Part shown: positions 52,332 to 61,009 of the stretch, piece after piece
Numbering within the stretch: the first letter of the stretch is position 1
Layout: each line of letters opens with the position of its first letter
NCBI GenBank assembly: GCA_965203515.1
Contig: OZ241907.1
Coordinates: forward strand, 3,968,001-4,032,000
Source of the DNA: Spirochaetia bacterium
Lineage (GTDB): Bacteria; Spirochaetota; Spirochaetia; SZUA-6; Bin103
Direction of reading: 5' to 3'
DNA: 64,000 nucleotides
The notes under the pieces: model-generated
Databases searched by the model: none
Seen by the model: the letters and a program-made list of their open reading frames with translations, nothing else
Told to the model about the DNA's origin: nothing
Program-made: the position numbers and the translations under genes

Positions 52332-53234
52332 TCACAGCGCGGCGGCGAACGCGCCGGCGATCCCCGCCGCGGTGAGCCAGCTCGCGCGGTCGCGCAGCGC
52401 GAACACCACCGGATCGTCGTGCACGGCCCCGCGGTTGGCGAGCAGCGTCAGGCGTCCCAGCCAGTAGACCAGCAACAGGCAGATCAGCCACAGGAACTCC
52501 GGCCGGCCGTACCGCATGCTCACCTCCGGACTCTGGATGTACAGGGCCAGGATGATCACCGCGGCGAAGCCGGCGGCGCCGGCGAGCGCCGCCACCACCG
52601 GCGCGTCGCCGATCAACCAGGCGCGCCCGTCGGCCGCGAGCCGGCCCGACTCGCGCAGGGCATGCAGCTCGCTCACGCGCTTGACGGCGGCCAGAGCGAT
52701 GAACGCGAACAGGAAGAAGGCCAGGAACCACGGGGTCAGCGGGACCGATGCCGCCACCCCGCCGGCGAGTACGCGCACCAGGTGAAGCAGCGACAGCGTC
52801 ACGATGTCGACGAACAACCCGCGCTTCAACACCAGCGAATAGGCTGCGGCCACCAACAGGTAGAGCAGCACCGTCCCGCCGGCGGCGGGCGATAGCCGGA
52901 AGGCGGCGGCGAGTCCGCCGGCCGCCAACAGCGCGGCCAGCCCGATCATCGGCGGCAACCGCACCCGGCCGGCCGCCAGCGGGCGGTGGCGCTTGCTCGG
53001 GTGACGGCGGTCGTGGGGGAGATCGAGCAGGTCGTTGAGGACGTAGGCTCCCGACGCGCACGCCGACAACGCCGCGAACATCGCCGCCGCCCGCAGGTAC
53101 AGCTCGACCTCGGTCGCGTGCGCGGTGAGCAGCGGGAGGAACACCAGCGCGTTCTTGACCCATTGGTGCGGGCGCAGAGCGCGGAGATAGTCGGCCGGAC
53201 CGCCGCCGGTCCCGGGCCGCGGGGCGGCTTGCAT
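52332..53234 (-). CDS. UbiA family prenyltransferase (decaprenyl-phosphate phosphoribosyltransferase-like)
   Basis: LRPHQWVKN, YVLNDLLDLPHDRRHPSKRHRPLAAG, AYSLVLKR, KRVSEL, HDDPVVFALRD. Confidence 0.85.
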   Translation of the reverse strand: MQAAPRPGTGGGPADYLRALRPHQWVKNALVFLPLLTAHATEVELYLRAAAMFAALSACASGAYVLNDLLDLPHDRRHPSKRHRPLAAGRVRLPPMIGLAALLAAGGLAAAFRLSPAAGGTVLLYLLVAAAYSLVLKRGLFVDIVTLSLLHLVRVLAGGVAASVPLTPWFLAFFLFAFIALAAVKRVSELHALRESGRLAADGRAWLIGDAPVVAALAGAAGFAAVIILALYIQSPEVSMRYGRPEFLWLICLLLVYWLGRLTLLANRGAVHDDPVVFALRDRASWLTAAGIAGAFAAAL

Positions 53235-53339
53235 TCCGCTCAGCATGCGCGGCGGCGCGGGCGGGTCCGATGGAAGACGCGCATGACCGGATGATATACT
53301 ACGCTCCGGTTCGCGGCCGGCTGGCATGGAAAGAACAGC

Positions 53340-55295
53340 GTGAGGATCAGCTCCCCCGGCGCACGTTCACGTTCCGGCTTCACCCTGTTCCTGGCCGCGC
53401 TGGCGGTAGCGGGCGCCGGGCTGGTGCTGGCGCGGGAAGTCACCTACGGGCCGGGACTGAGGGGTGACGCCCTCGGCCTGATCGCGATGGCCCGCAACCT
53501 GCTGGCCGGCGAGGGCCTTACCTATATCAGCGGCCGCGCCCAGACCAACTGGCCGCCGTTCTACCCGCTGCTGCTGGCCGCCGGCGGCCTGGTGGGGTTC
53601 GACCCGCTCCACCTCGCCGGTCCGCTCAACGCGGCCCTCTTCGGGCTGACCGTCTTCATCGCCGGGCGCCACCTGCGCCGGCGCCTCCGGTCGCGCTTCC
53701 TGGCGGTGTGGGCCGCGCTTGCGGTCGTCCTGTCGGTGCCGCTGGCGACGCGGGCGTGGACGGCGATGTCCGAACCGACCTTCATCCTGCTGGCGGCCGC
53801 AGCGCTGATGCAGACCGACCGGTTCCTCACCGAAGGGCGCACTCCGGCCCTGGCGTGGGCCGCGGTCTGCGGCTCGCTGGCGTTCCTGACCCGCTACGCG
53901 GGCGTGGCCGTGCCGTTGGCCGTGGGGCTGGCGCTGCTCTGCCAACCGCGCGCGTCGTTCCGGCAGCGGGCGGGGCGGATCGCCGCGGTGGCGCTGACCG
54001 CCGCCGTTCCCATGGCGCTGTGGCTGCTCCGCAACTACCTGGTCACCGGGCAGCTCATCAAGCAGGTGGCCGACCTGCGGCCTCCCATCCTGTCCGTGCC
54101 GGCGGCGCTCGACGGGGTGCGCGCCACGCTGTGGGAATGGTCGTACCTCGACTTCCTGCCGCCCGCGGTCACCTGGGCGCTGCTGGCGCTGGCCGCCGCG
54201 GCGCTGCTGCCGATCGGCCTGGCGGCGGTCGGAGGGCGGCGCGAGCGGCCGCCGTTCGCGTGGCACGCCGTGCTGGTGTTCGGCGGTTTCACGCTGCTCT
54301 ATCTGGTCGTGCTCATCGCTTCGATCACCACCCTCCCGCATCCCTGGCAGTCCCGGTTCCTGGCTCCGGTCTACGTCCCGCTGCTGGCGATCGCGGCGTT
54401 CGCCCTCGATTGGTTGCTGGCAGCGCCGCGGCGGCGGAACGCGGCGGCGGCGCGTCTGCCCGGCGCGGTCCTGATGGTGGCGCTCTCCCTCTGGACGGCG
54501 GGGCAGGTGGTGCGCGGCGGCTTCGAGATCCGCCGCCTCAACTCCGACCAGCAGTACCTCAGCTTCCTGTCGCAACCGTGGGCCGATTCGGCGACCGTGC
54601 GGCATCTCCGGGAGAACCCCGGCGGCGGCACGGTCTACAGCAACGTGCGCAACGCGGCGTACCTGTACGGCGACGGAACCGGGACCTATCACCGGCTTCC
54701 GGTGCGCTGGACGGAGCTGCAGGAGCAGGTCGCGGCGGCGCCGGACGGCGCGCGCCTGATCTGGTTCGACGCCTACCGGGTCGACCTGGTGTGGGGCTTG
54801 GTCCCGTACGACTACGGCGTTGCGCAACTGCGCGCGACACCGGGCCTGGAGCCGGTGGCGGAGTTGGCCGACGGCGCCGTCTTCACGGTGAACGCGGACT
54901 ACGCGCCGCCCGCCAACGCGCATCTGGCGGCGTATGCGGCGATCGATGCGGGCGCTCTGGGCGAGCCGGCCGCACGCGCCGCCTTCGACCTCTATCTCGA
55001 CGGTAGGGAGCTGGTCTACCTGAAGAAGCCGTGCAGCCCCGACGACGCCGGCGAGCGGTTCTTCCTGCATCTGTTCCCGGCCGATGCCGCGGACCTGTCC
55101 GACCGCGGCCGGCAGCACGGCTTCGACAACCTGGACTTCGACTTTGCGGACCGCGGCGTGTTCCCGGCCGCCGATACGTGCCTGGCGCTGGTGCCGCTGC
55201 CGGACTACGACCGGGGCATCGACCGCATCCGTACCGGCCAGTGGATTCGCGGCGCAGGCCAGCTCTGGAGCGTGGAGTTCCGGACCGCCGAATAG
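53340..55295 (+). CDS. GT-C lipid-carrier-dependent glycosyltransferase with one C-terminal repeat domain
   Basis: ARNLLAGEG, WPPFYPLLLA, SEPTF, LTRYAG, WLLRN, RFLAPVYVP; C-terminal FDLYLDG..GQLWSVEF. Confidence 0.78.
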   Translation: MRISSPGARSRSGFTLFLAALAVAGAGLVLAREVTYGPGLRGDALGLIAMARNLLAGEGLTYISGRAQTNWPPFYPLLLAAGGLVGFDPLHLAGPLNAALFGLTVFIAGRHLRRRLRSRFLAVWAALAVVLSVPLATRAWTAMSEPTFILLAAAALMQTDRFLTEGRTPALAWAAVCGSLAFLTRYAGVAVPLAVGLALLCQPRASFRQRAGRIAAVALTAAVPMALWLLRNYLVTGQLIKQVADLRPPILSVPAALDGVRATLWEWSYLDFLPPAVTWALLALAAAALLPIGLAAVGGRRERPPFAWHAVLVFGGFTLLYLVVLIASITTLPHPWQSRFLAPVYVPLLAIAAFALDWLLAAPRRRNAAAARLPGAVLMVALSLWTAGQVVRGGFEIRRLNSDQQYLSFLSQPWADSATVRHLRENPGGGTVYSNVRNAAYLYGDGTGTYHRLPVRWTELQEQVAAAPDGARLIWFDAYRVDLVWGLVPYDYGVAQLRATPGLEPVAELADGAVFTVNADYAPPANAHLAAYAAIDAGALGEPAARAAFDLYLDGRELVYLKKPCSPDDAGERFFLHLFPADAADLSDRGRQHGFDNLDFDFADRGVFPAADTCLALVPLPDYDRGIDRIRTGQWIRGAGQLWSVEFRTAE

Positions 55296-55359
55296 CCCGC
55301 CGCGCGAGGCTGGATGGCTGGAAGGAGTTGCTCAACCAAGTGAGCGAGAAGCGAGGTGG

Positions 55360-55764
55360 TCATACGGACCGGATCAGTGAGAGGTTCGGGATAGCAACGA
55401 AATCACGGTCGTGAGTAGCCAGCGGGCACTGCAACAGGATAGCGGTCGCGGCGATCCACGCATCGGCCAACTTCAGCTCCCGACCGGCCGATCTACGTTC
55501 GCTACGCAAGCGGGCGCAGATCCGGACCAATTCGTCACTTGCCCACACGATCTCGTATTGATCGAGGTGTTCAGCGAGCGTGGCTTGGCGCCGTCTCTCC
55601 CAATTGCTCTTGTATGCCCCGTACCACAGTTCCTCCAAGGTCTGAAACGAGATGAGACTGCGACAGCCCGCCAGTTTTCCCTCATAGTATGGTGCCCGGC
55701 CATCCTGATTGTAGATGATCGAAACGACACTGGTGTCAACGACTACCAGCGGAGCGCTCATCAA
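55360..55764 (-). CDS. PIN-domain (VapC-like) ribonuclease toxin
   Basis: VVVDTSVVS, TLEEL, ADAWIAATA, LATHDRDF. Confidence 0.88.
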   Translation of the reverse strand: MMSAPLVVVDTSVVSIIYNQDGRAPYYEGKLAGCRSLISFQTLEELWYGAYKSNWERRRQATLAEHLDQYEIVWASDELVRICARLRSERRSAGRELKLADAWIAATAILLQCPLATHDRDFVAIPNLSLIRSV

Positions 55765-56609
55765 GCGTCGCGACCTTCTCGGATGATGCGCATGAACTCG
55801 TCGACATCGAACGGCTCGCTCGTCCTGACCACCTTCTCAGGGTCGAAGACCTTTGGGTCAGGGGCGTTCAACAGCTCGTCGAGATCATATGGCTGCAGCG
55901 ACGATCTGGTCCCTTTGAGCTGCCCGACGTGAAAGTCTACCAAGCTGCCATCCGCGGCGAAGGTGCCGCGACCTCTAACCTCGACATACTGAGTCGCGTG
56001 ACGCTGCATATCCTTATCCAGTGCGGCATCGAATCGGAGCCGAACCACGGGTTGGCCGTAGTTGTGCAGATGGGCAGTCCTTCGCTTCCAGTCGACCATC
56101 ATCAGACGTCCCTGCAAGGTTGCATCGATTTCCTCGGCCGTACTCGGCTCATGGACTTGGCTCATTCTGGTCAGGGTCAACGAGCTTTCCGTGCCGGGGG
56201 AGCTGAGCCGTACTAAATATATTTCCTCCGACAATTCATTCCGCACGGCATTCAGCTCCTTGACGACTCCTTGCGGCAGCGACGGGTCTTGATCGCCTTT
56301 CCACCTCAGAAGGCGGTTCACGGCCCGAGGGCCGTAGTTCCATAGGTCGGGTTGCGCACCAACCGGAGGGGACAGTTCCAGCACTGCGACAAGGGAACCC
56401 GGAGCCGTGCGCACCAGCCGCAGGGCGCTCTGGTCTCGCGCGAGCTTCGGCGGTCGGCCTCGGCGGGAAGGATCGGCGCCCATCAGATGGACCACCATGA
56501 GTCGTACCGCCCGCTGCATATGCTCCAAGGTCTTAAGGAGATCCTTGACCGGCAGCCCGGCTTCGCTGACGCGTGGCCCCTTGAACGCGACATGTAGCTG
56601 GTTCTTCAG
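55761..56609 (-). CDS. hypothetical protein, putative partner/antitoxin of the PIN toxin (CTG start inferred)
   Basis: Overlaps the PIN start (ATGA); frame open upstream of 56528 to CTG at 56609, preceded by GAGGAGG; acidic C-tail EPFDVDEFMRIIREGRD. Confidence 0.65.
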   Translation of the reverse strand: MKNQLHVAFKGPRVSEAGLPVKDLLKTLEHMQRAVRLMVVHLMGADPSRRGRPPKLARDQSALRLVRTAPGSLVAVLELSPPVGAQPDLWNYGPRAVNRLLRWKGDQDPSLPQGVVKELNAVRNELSEEIYLVRLSSPGTESSLTLTRMSQVHEPSTAEEIDATLQGRLMMVDWKRRTAHLHNYGQPVVRLRFDAALDKDMQRHATQYVEVRGRGTFAADGSLVDFHVGQLKGTRSSLQPYDLDELLNAPDPKVFDPEKVVRTSEPFDVDEFMRIIREGRDA

Positions 56610-56760
56610 GGGAACCTCCTCGGTGGATAGGAGTGGACTTTGAGATTGGTCCCGATTCTATGGCCACCCAACGGTCAGCCTCCAGACGCTGGCCGCAGCA
56701 TAGCACGCCGCGCACGGCTCGACAGACCACGCTCCGCGTGGGGCGCATCGGCGATCTTGA

Positions 56761-58114
56761 TCACCGGTCTACCGGAGCCTGATCCTCGCCGGGGCGCCCG
56801 TATCCGGCACCGACGTGGCGGTAACGGTGATGGGCGGCGCACAGCAGGCGGAGATTGTTCGGCTCGGCGCCGCCGCCGCGGGCATACGGCACGACGTGAT
56901 CGATCTGCAGCAGGTGCTGCGAGCCGCAGCGGCGCCCGCTGGTGCGGTCCACGTAGCGGCAGCGGCCCCGGTCGCGCCGCCAGACCTCGCGCTTGACCGC
57001 CGCCGGGATGGCGCGGCCGGTCACGCCCGGCTTCGCTGCCGAAGTCCGGGTCCGCGGCGGCGCAGCCGGCTGCGCGCACGCCGCAGCCTGCCGGTCGAGG
57101 CGCCGCGTCTTCGGCGCCGAAGTGGCGTCGCCCGCCGGCTTCGCTGCCGAAGTGTCCGGGCGGTCAGCGGCTTCGTCTCCCGGCTGCGCCGCCGCCTGAG
57201 TCGATACCTTCGCCGCCGAAGGATCGGCGCTGTCCGCGCTCGCCTCCTGCTTCGCTGCTGGGGCAGCGAAGCGAGCCGAGGCCGCCTGCGTCTTCGGCGC
57301 CGAAGTCTGCTCGGCTCCTTTGGCCGGCGCGGCGCGCCGCCCGCGCGGCGGCCGGGCCGGGTCGTGGCGGTCGAGCCCTTCCCGCACCAGCCGCCCCATG
57401 AGCTGCCCCATCGTCATTTGCGGATCGACGTGGGACAGGAGGCCCTTGAGCCGCTCCAAGCCCCGCCGGCACTCATCGTCGATCACCGCCTTGAGCTCCC
57501 AGCGCCCGCCGCCCAGCGGCCGCACCCGATCCGCCGGCGCCGCCAGCTCCGGGTCCACCTCGGCCAGCAACTGCATCACCTCCCGGCTGCTCTTGCCGGA
57601 CGCCTGCTCCACCAGCTCCCGCCGCGCCTCCGGGTCCAGCACCGGCGCCGGCTCCCGCTTCCGCTCCGCCGACCGCGGCGGCGCCGAACCGTTCTGCGAC
57701 TGAGCGGCAGCCCCGAACCCGGTCCTGCCCGGCGCGCTACGCGCCGAGCGTTCCTTCTTGCGCTCCTGCCGGTCGAAGGCATGCTGCAACTGCGCGGCCG
57801 CGTTCAGCGTCATCGTGCCATTCTGCAAGCGCTCGCGCACGCCCTCCACGTCCGCGCAGAGCCGCATCGCCTTGATGCGCCGCCACGCTGCGGCGTCGCT
57901 GTAACCCAGTTCGCGCACCGCGTAATCGAACAGGCTGGAGAACCCGCGGCGCAGATACAGGCGGCGCCTATCAATCTCGCGCAGGTGGTCGATGACGACC
58001 ACTTCGAGATGGTGTTCGATGCGGGAAAGTTCCTTGGTCCGCTCCAGCAAGCGGTCGTCTGAGAGGGCGGAAACGGTAGTGGTGACGGCCCTGTCGGGAG
58101 CATGTTTTGTTCAT
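56761..58114 (-). CDS. HNH endonuclease with a long N-terminal helical region; apparent +1 frameshift near the start
   Basis: IPAAVKREVWRRDRGRCRY..C..LQIDHVVP..GG..NLRLLCAAHH; N-terminal HLREIDRRRLYL..FSSLFDY; ATG at 58114 is one base out of frame. Confidence 0.8.
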
Positions 58115-58120
58115 GACATA

Positions 58121-58151
58121 AGTATAACCATGGAAACTACTTGAGTCAAGT
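58121..58151 (-). promoter_or_regulatory. near-consensus sigma70 promoter for the HNH gene (leaderless)
   Basis: Minus strand TTGACT (58149-58144)-N17-TATACT (58126-58121); ATG follows after 6 nt; -35 lies within the palindrome ACTTGA-G-TCAAGT. Confidence 0.65.
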
Positions 58152-58523
58152 TATTCGGCCCGGAAGATGCCACCTGTGGGCGCGACTCGGCGGCGCATTT
58201 CCAAGCGGCTGGACGTCCGTGAGGTGCTACTGCCGAGAATGTCGCCGGCGTCGAGCGGCAGGATTTCTTCTTACGGCCCCAGGCGGCCTCGTCGATCGGT
58301 ACCAACAAATTGAAGTGCGCCCTCCGCGTGACGTGGATTCGCGGCGTGGGCCAGCTCTGGAGCCGAGTTCCGGGCCGCCGAGTAGCCGGCGGCGGCAGCC
58401 CCCGTTGTCTGGCGCGCAACCGCGCGCGTAGAATCCGGCAACGATGAAATCGATCTTGACGGCGCTCGGCGCGACGCGCGTGATGCGGACGTTGGTTGAC
58501 ACGCCAAGCAGTTCCGTGTACAA

Positions 58524-58628
58524 ACCGCCGACCGCCGACCGCCGACCGCCGACCGCCGACCGCCGACCGCCGACCGCCGACCGCCGACCGCCGACCGCCG
58601 ACCGCCGACCGCCGACCGCCGACCGCCG
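58524..58628 (+). repeat. heptanucleotide simple sequence repeat (ACCGCCG)x15
   Basis: 15 exact copies, 105 bp. Confidence 0.97.
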
Positions 58629-60467
58629 TATGGTCGGTCTGGATCTAGCCTATCGCTAGCGGCTGCGTTTATCGCGCTCGGCGCGGCGCTGGCGACCGCG
58701 GACGCGCCCGCCGTCCTGCGCCACGGCGCGTCGGTCAGCGAGCGCAACGCCCTGATCGTCTATGTGCGGATAACGCTGGCGCGCGCGGCGCGGGTGTTCG
58801 TCGAGTACGACCACCCGCAGGCCGGCCGCTACCGCACGCCGCTGAGCGAGCCGGGCGCGACGCACGCCATCCCGCTCGTCAGGCTGCGCCCGGAGACGAC
58901 CTACGACTACACCATCTTCGTGGTGGACGGCTCCGTGGCCGGCAACGCCGCGCTGGACGGCGCGGATACGGCCGCCGGGCCGGGCGGCCGGTTCACCACC
59001 GGACCGCTGCCGTTGCGTCTCGCCGCCATTCCGATGAAGGCGCGCGGCAGAAGCTCGCAACCGCTCATCCTGTCCGATTACCGGCGCGAGTACCACGTCT
59101 TCTGGGACGAAGTGGGCGGAATAGTCTGGTACCAGGAAGGGGTCGGCGCCATCGCGCAGCTGCCCGCCGGCAACCTGATCTTCTTGGATCGCGGCCTGGT
59201 CGAAGTCACCCCCCTTGGAGCAGTGGTCAACCGGTTTGAGCGGCACGGCGCCGCGGCGAATCCCCACCATGACGTGGCCGTGTTCGATGCCGAACGCGTG
59301 ATCTACCTGAGCCGGGACTCGGCGAACGGCGGGCCGGCGGAAGCTACGTTCGACAATCTGCGCGTCTGGGACCGGGAGAGCGGACACTTCGAGCAGGTCT
59401 GGAACTCGAAGGACGCCTGGGACCTGATGGACCCGGCACTGCGCGTGAGGAGACCCAACGGGAAACCCTTTGATTGGACGCACCTCAACTCGGTGAGCAT
59501 CGGTCCGCGCGGCAACGTCGTCCTGTCATCCCGCGCGCGCAATCAGGTGGTCTCACTCAGCGCGGACTCGTGGACGATCGAATGGCAACTGAACGGACCG
59601 GACAGCGATTACGAGTTCCCGAACCCGAACGACCGGTTCTACGGGCAGCACACCGCGGCGCAGCTCGGCAACGGCAACGTTCTGCTGTTCGACAACGGCT
59701 TGAGGCGTCCCGCTGCCGAGGGCGGGGCCTACTCGCGCGCGCTGGAGCTGCGGCTGGACGAGGCGGCCGGCACTGCGGTGAAAGTGTGGGAATACCGGCT
59801 GACGCCGGACGTCTACCTGCGGGGCAAGGGCAGCGCGTACCGGCTGCGCGGCGGCAACACCCTGATCAGCTTCAATGACACGATCGTGGAGGTGGACGCT
59901 GCCGGCAACGAAGTGTTCCGGGGCGATAACCACCTGCCATTGCATGCGGATTGGGGTTTGCGGGCGCGCTATCGAGCCTACGGCGGCATCGGGGCGATCA
60001 TGGGCGAAACCATGCTGCGGCCGCCGGCGGCGGCGCCCGCGCACGCGCGCGCCGCGACGTTCGATAAGGACTACTACCTGGCCAGGGAGCGGGCGTGGTT
60101 CGAGGAGCTGGCGGCGGCCCTGGACGGCCGGCAGCTCGCCGCCGGCGGGGCGTTCGACGTGTATGCGGCAGGGGACCGGCTGGTATACGTGAAGGAACCT
60201 TGCGCTCCGCAGGATGTCCGGGCGCGCTTCTTTCTGCACGTCTTTCCGGCCGCCGATGGCGATCTGGCCTCGGGCAGCCGGGAGCAGGGTTTCGACAACC
60301 TCGACTTCGATTTCCGGACGCGCGGCGTGTTCTGGGACGGCGCCTGCTTGGTGGCCGCGACCCTCCCGGACTATGAGATCGCCCGCGTCCGTACCGGTCA
60401 GTTCATCAGCGGGCAGGGCCAACTCTGGAGCGCGGAGTTCGCGGTCGGACCGACCGCGCGGCGCTAA
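58629..60467 (+). CDS. arylsulfotransferase (ASST-like) with C-terminal repeat domain; 5' end out of frame at the SSR
   Basis: Signal-like SLSLAAAFIALGAALATA in frame upstream of the 58764 ORF; FN3-like RLRPETTYDY; NPHHDV, DWTHLNSV, FYGQHTA, LLFDNG. Confidence 0.8.
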   Translation, partial: YGRSGSSLSLAAAFIALGAALATADAPAVLRHGASVSERNALIVYVRITLARAARVFVEYDHPQAGRYRTPLSEPGATHAIPLVRLRPETTYDYTIFVVDGSVAGNAALDGADTAAGPGGRFTTGPLPLRLAAIPMKARGRSSQPLILSDYRREYHVFWDEVGGIVWYQEGVGAIAQLPAGNLIFLDRGLVEVTPLGAVVNRFERHGAAANPHHDVAVFDAERVIYLSRDSANGGPAEATFDNLRVWDRESGHFEQVWNSKDAWDLMDPALRVRRPNGKPFDWTHLNSVSIGPRGNVVLSSRARNQVVSLSADSWTIEWQLNGPDSDYEFPNPNDRFYGQHTAAQLGNGNVLLFDNGLRRPAAEGGAYSRALELRLDEAAGTAVKVWEYRLTPDVYLRGKGSAYRLRGGNTLISFNDTIVEVDAAGNEVFRGDNHLPLHADWGLRARYRAYGGIGAIMGETMLRPPAAAPAHARAATFDKDYYLARERAWFEELAAALDGRQLAAGGAFDVYAAGDRLVYVKEPCAPQDVRARFFLHVFPAADGDLASGSREQGFDNLDFDFRTRGVFWDGACLVAATLPDYEIARVRTGQFISGQGQLWSAEFAVGPTARR

Positions 60468-60821
60468 CGGGAAGCGCGCGCCGCGATCGTCTCCGGCGCC
60501 TGGGGAGCACCGGTCGGCCGCGCGGCCTTCGACCTCTACCTCGACGGCCGGGTGCTGGCGTACCACAAGGAGCCGTGCGCGGCGGAGGACCTGCGAGAGC
60601 GGTTCTTCCTGCGTGTGGTACCGGCGGCCGTGGAGGACCTTGCCGCGCACGACCGGCCGCGGGGTTTCGACTACCGGGAACATGGGGCGCAGCTCGGCGC
60701 AGCGTGCGTGGCGCTGGTGCCACTGCCGGAATACGCGATCGCCGGCCTCCGCACCGACCAGTTCATCAGCGGCGAAGGTCAGCTCTGGGAGGTGGAGATC
60801 GAGGCGCCGGCCGGCGAGTAG
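60468..60821 (+). pseudogene. second C-terminal repeat domain of the ASST gene, cut off by an in-frame TAA
   Basis: Same frame as ASST; REARAAIVSGAWGAPVGRAAFDLYLDG...GQLWEVEI; the paralogous copy at ~62069 has TAT where this one has TAA. Confidence 0.75.
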
Positions 60822-61009
60822 CCGAAGGGGTCAGAGGCGTTCAACAGCTCGTCGAGATCAACGGCTGCAGCGACGATCTTAGGGGAGGCTGCCTCCGACA
60901 GAGGAGGATGGAGGGGCCGCCGGCGGCGGCTGGCCCCGTGGCGATGATTCGGCGGCCGTCTACCGCCGTGCGTTGAAGCGCCGCAGACGGCCGGCCCGTA
61001 GTAGGGGAC

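Larger units (their letters stand above)
55241..58387. mobile_element. putative inserted module (PIN + partner + HNH) bounded by ~55-bp imperfect direct repeats
   Basis: GTGGATTCGCGGCG..GGCCAGCTCTGGAGC..GAGTTCCGG.CCGCCGA.TAGCC at 55241-55297 and 58333-58387; the 55.3-56.7 kb part is visibly more AT-rich than the backbone. Confidence 0.55.

Noticed and set aside
58111..58138. dif/pdif-like site (AGTTTCCATGG-TTATAC-TTATGTCATGA on the minus strand)
   Set aside because: Only partial match to the XerC/XerD arms, no partner site found, and the segment is explained by the HNH promoter and start
58524..58628. CRISPR array
   Set aside because: Pure 7-bp tandem repeat with no spacers and no cas genes in the window
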